Part shown: in pieces, positions 63,205 through 64,000 of the stretch | Layout: every line of letters begins with the position of its first letter | How positions within the stretch are numbered: the stretch's first letter is position 1 | Source of the DNA: Macrostomum lignano | Taxonomy: Eukaryota | Length of the DNA: 64,000 bases | NCBI GenBank assembly: GCA_002269645.1 | Contig: NIVC01000758.1 | Location: 1 to 64,000 of the forward strand | Direction: 5' to 3' | Notes under the pieces: model-generated | Databases searched by the model: none | The model's input: the letters and a program-made list of their open reading frames with translations, nothing else | What the model was told of the DNA's origin: nothing | Translations under genes and position numbers: made by a program

Positions 63205-64000
63205 ACAGCTTGGATCATAGACAGTTTGGGTCACAGACAGCTTGGATCATAGACAGTTTGGGTCACAGACAGCTTGGGTCACAGACAGCTTGGGTCATAG
63301 ACAGCTTGGGTCATAGACAGCTTGGGTCATAGACAGCTTGGGTCATAGACAGCTTGGGTCATAGACAGCTTGGGTCATAGACAGCTTGGGTCACAGACAA
63401 ATTGGATCATAGACAGTTTGGTTCACAGACAGCTTGGTTCATAGACAGCTTGGGTCATAGACGGCTTGGGTCATAGACAGCTTGGGTCACAGATAGCTTG
63501 GATCATAGACAGTTTGGGTCACAGACAGCTTGGATCATAGACAGTTTAGGTCACAGACAGCTTGGGTCACAGACAGCTTGGGTCACAGACAGCTTGGGTC
63601 ATAGACAGCTTGGGTCATAGACGGCTTGGGTCATAGACAGCTTGGGTCACAGATAGCTTGGATCATAGACAGCTTGGGTCACAGACAGCTTGGGTCATAG
63701 ACAGCTTGGGTCATAGACAGCTTGGGTCACAGACAGCTTGGGTCATAGACAGCTTGGGTCATAGACAGCTTGGGTCATAGACAGCTTGGGTCATAGACAG
63801 CTTGGGTCACAGACAGCTTGGGTCATAGACAGCTTGGGTCATAGACGGCTTGGGTCACAGACAGCTTGGGTCACAGAAAGCTTGGGTCACAGACAGCTTG
63901 GGTCACAGACAGTTTGGGTCACAGACAGCTTGGGTCATAGACAGCTTGGGTCATAGACAGCTTGGGTCATAGACAGCTCGGGTCATAGACAGTTTGGGTC
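63205..64000. repeat. 16-bp minisatellite running off the window end (Fat intron)
   Basis: (ACAGCTTGGGTCATAG)n with CAC/GAT variants. Confidence 0.95.

Overview
Eukaryotic (metazoan) genomic DNA with GT-AG spliceosomal genes and very abundant intronic minisatellites. The style (GC-rich exons, short introns or introns filled by private tandem arrays) suggests a free-living flatworm such as Macrostomum; this is an inference, not checked. Contents, left to right: (1) a spliced minus-strand type-I membrane protein with CUB-like and C-type-lectin-like segments (3446-6299, 5' end not found); (2) a complete 16-exon minus-strand Slo/BK-family K+ channel gene (9493-19045, about 1235 aa) with an SVGFG filter, no Ca2+ bowl and a poly-Gln tail; (3) three divergent intronless class I SAM-methyltransferase paralogues (20120+, 25947-, 28945+, the last with a 1-nt frameshift) among MITE-like foldbacks; (4) the 3' 11 exons of a FAT1/3-type (Fat-like) cadherin on the minus strand (30589-62550, continuing beyond the window); (5) a full-length 5.8-kb R1/LOA-type non-LTR retrotransposon inserted antisense into a 28-bp minisatellite in a Fat intron. 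About 30 tandem arrays account for most of the long ORFs in the track. No rRNA, tRNA or CRISPR array is supported.
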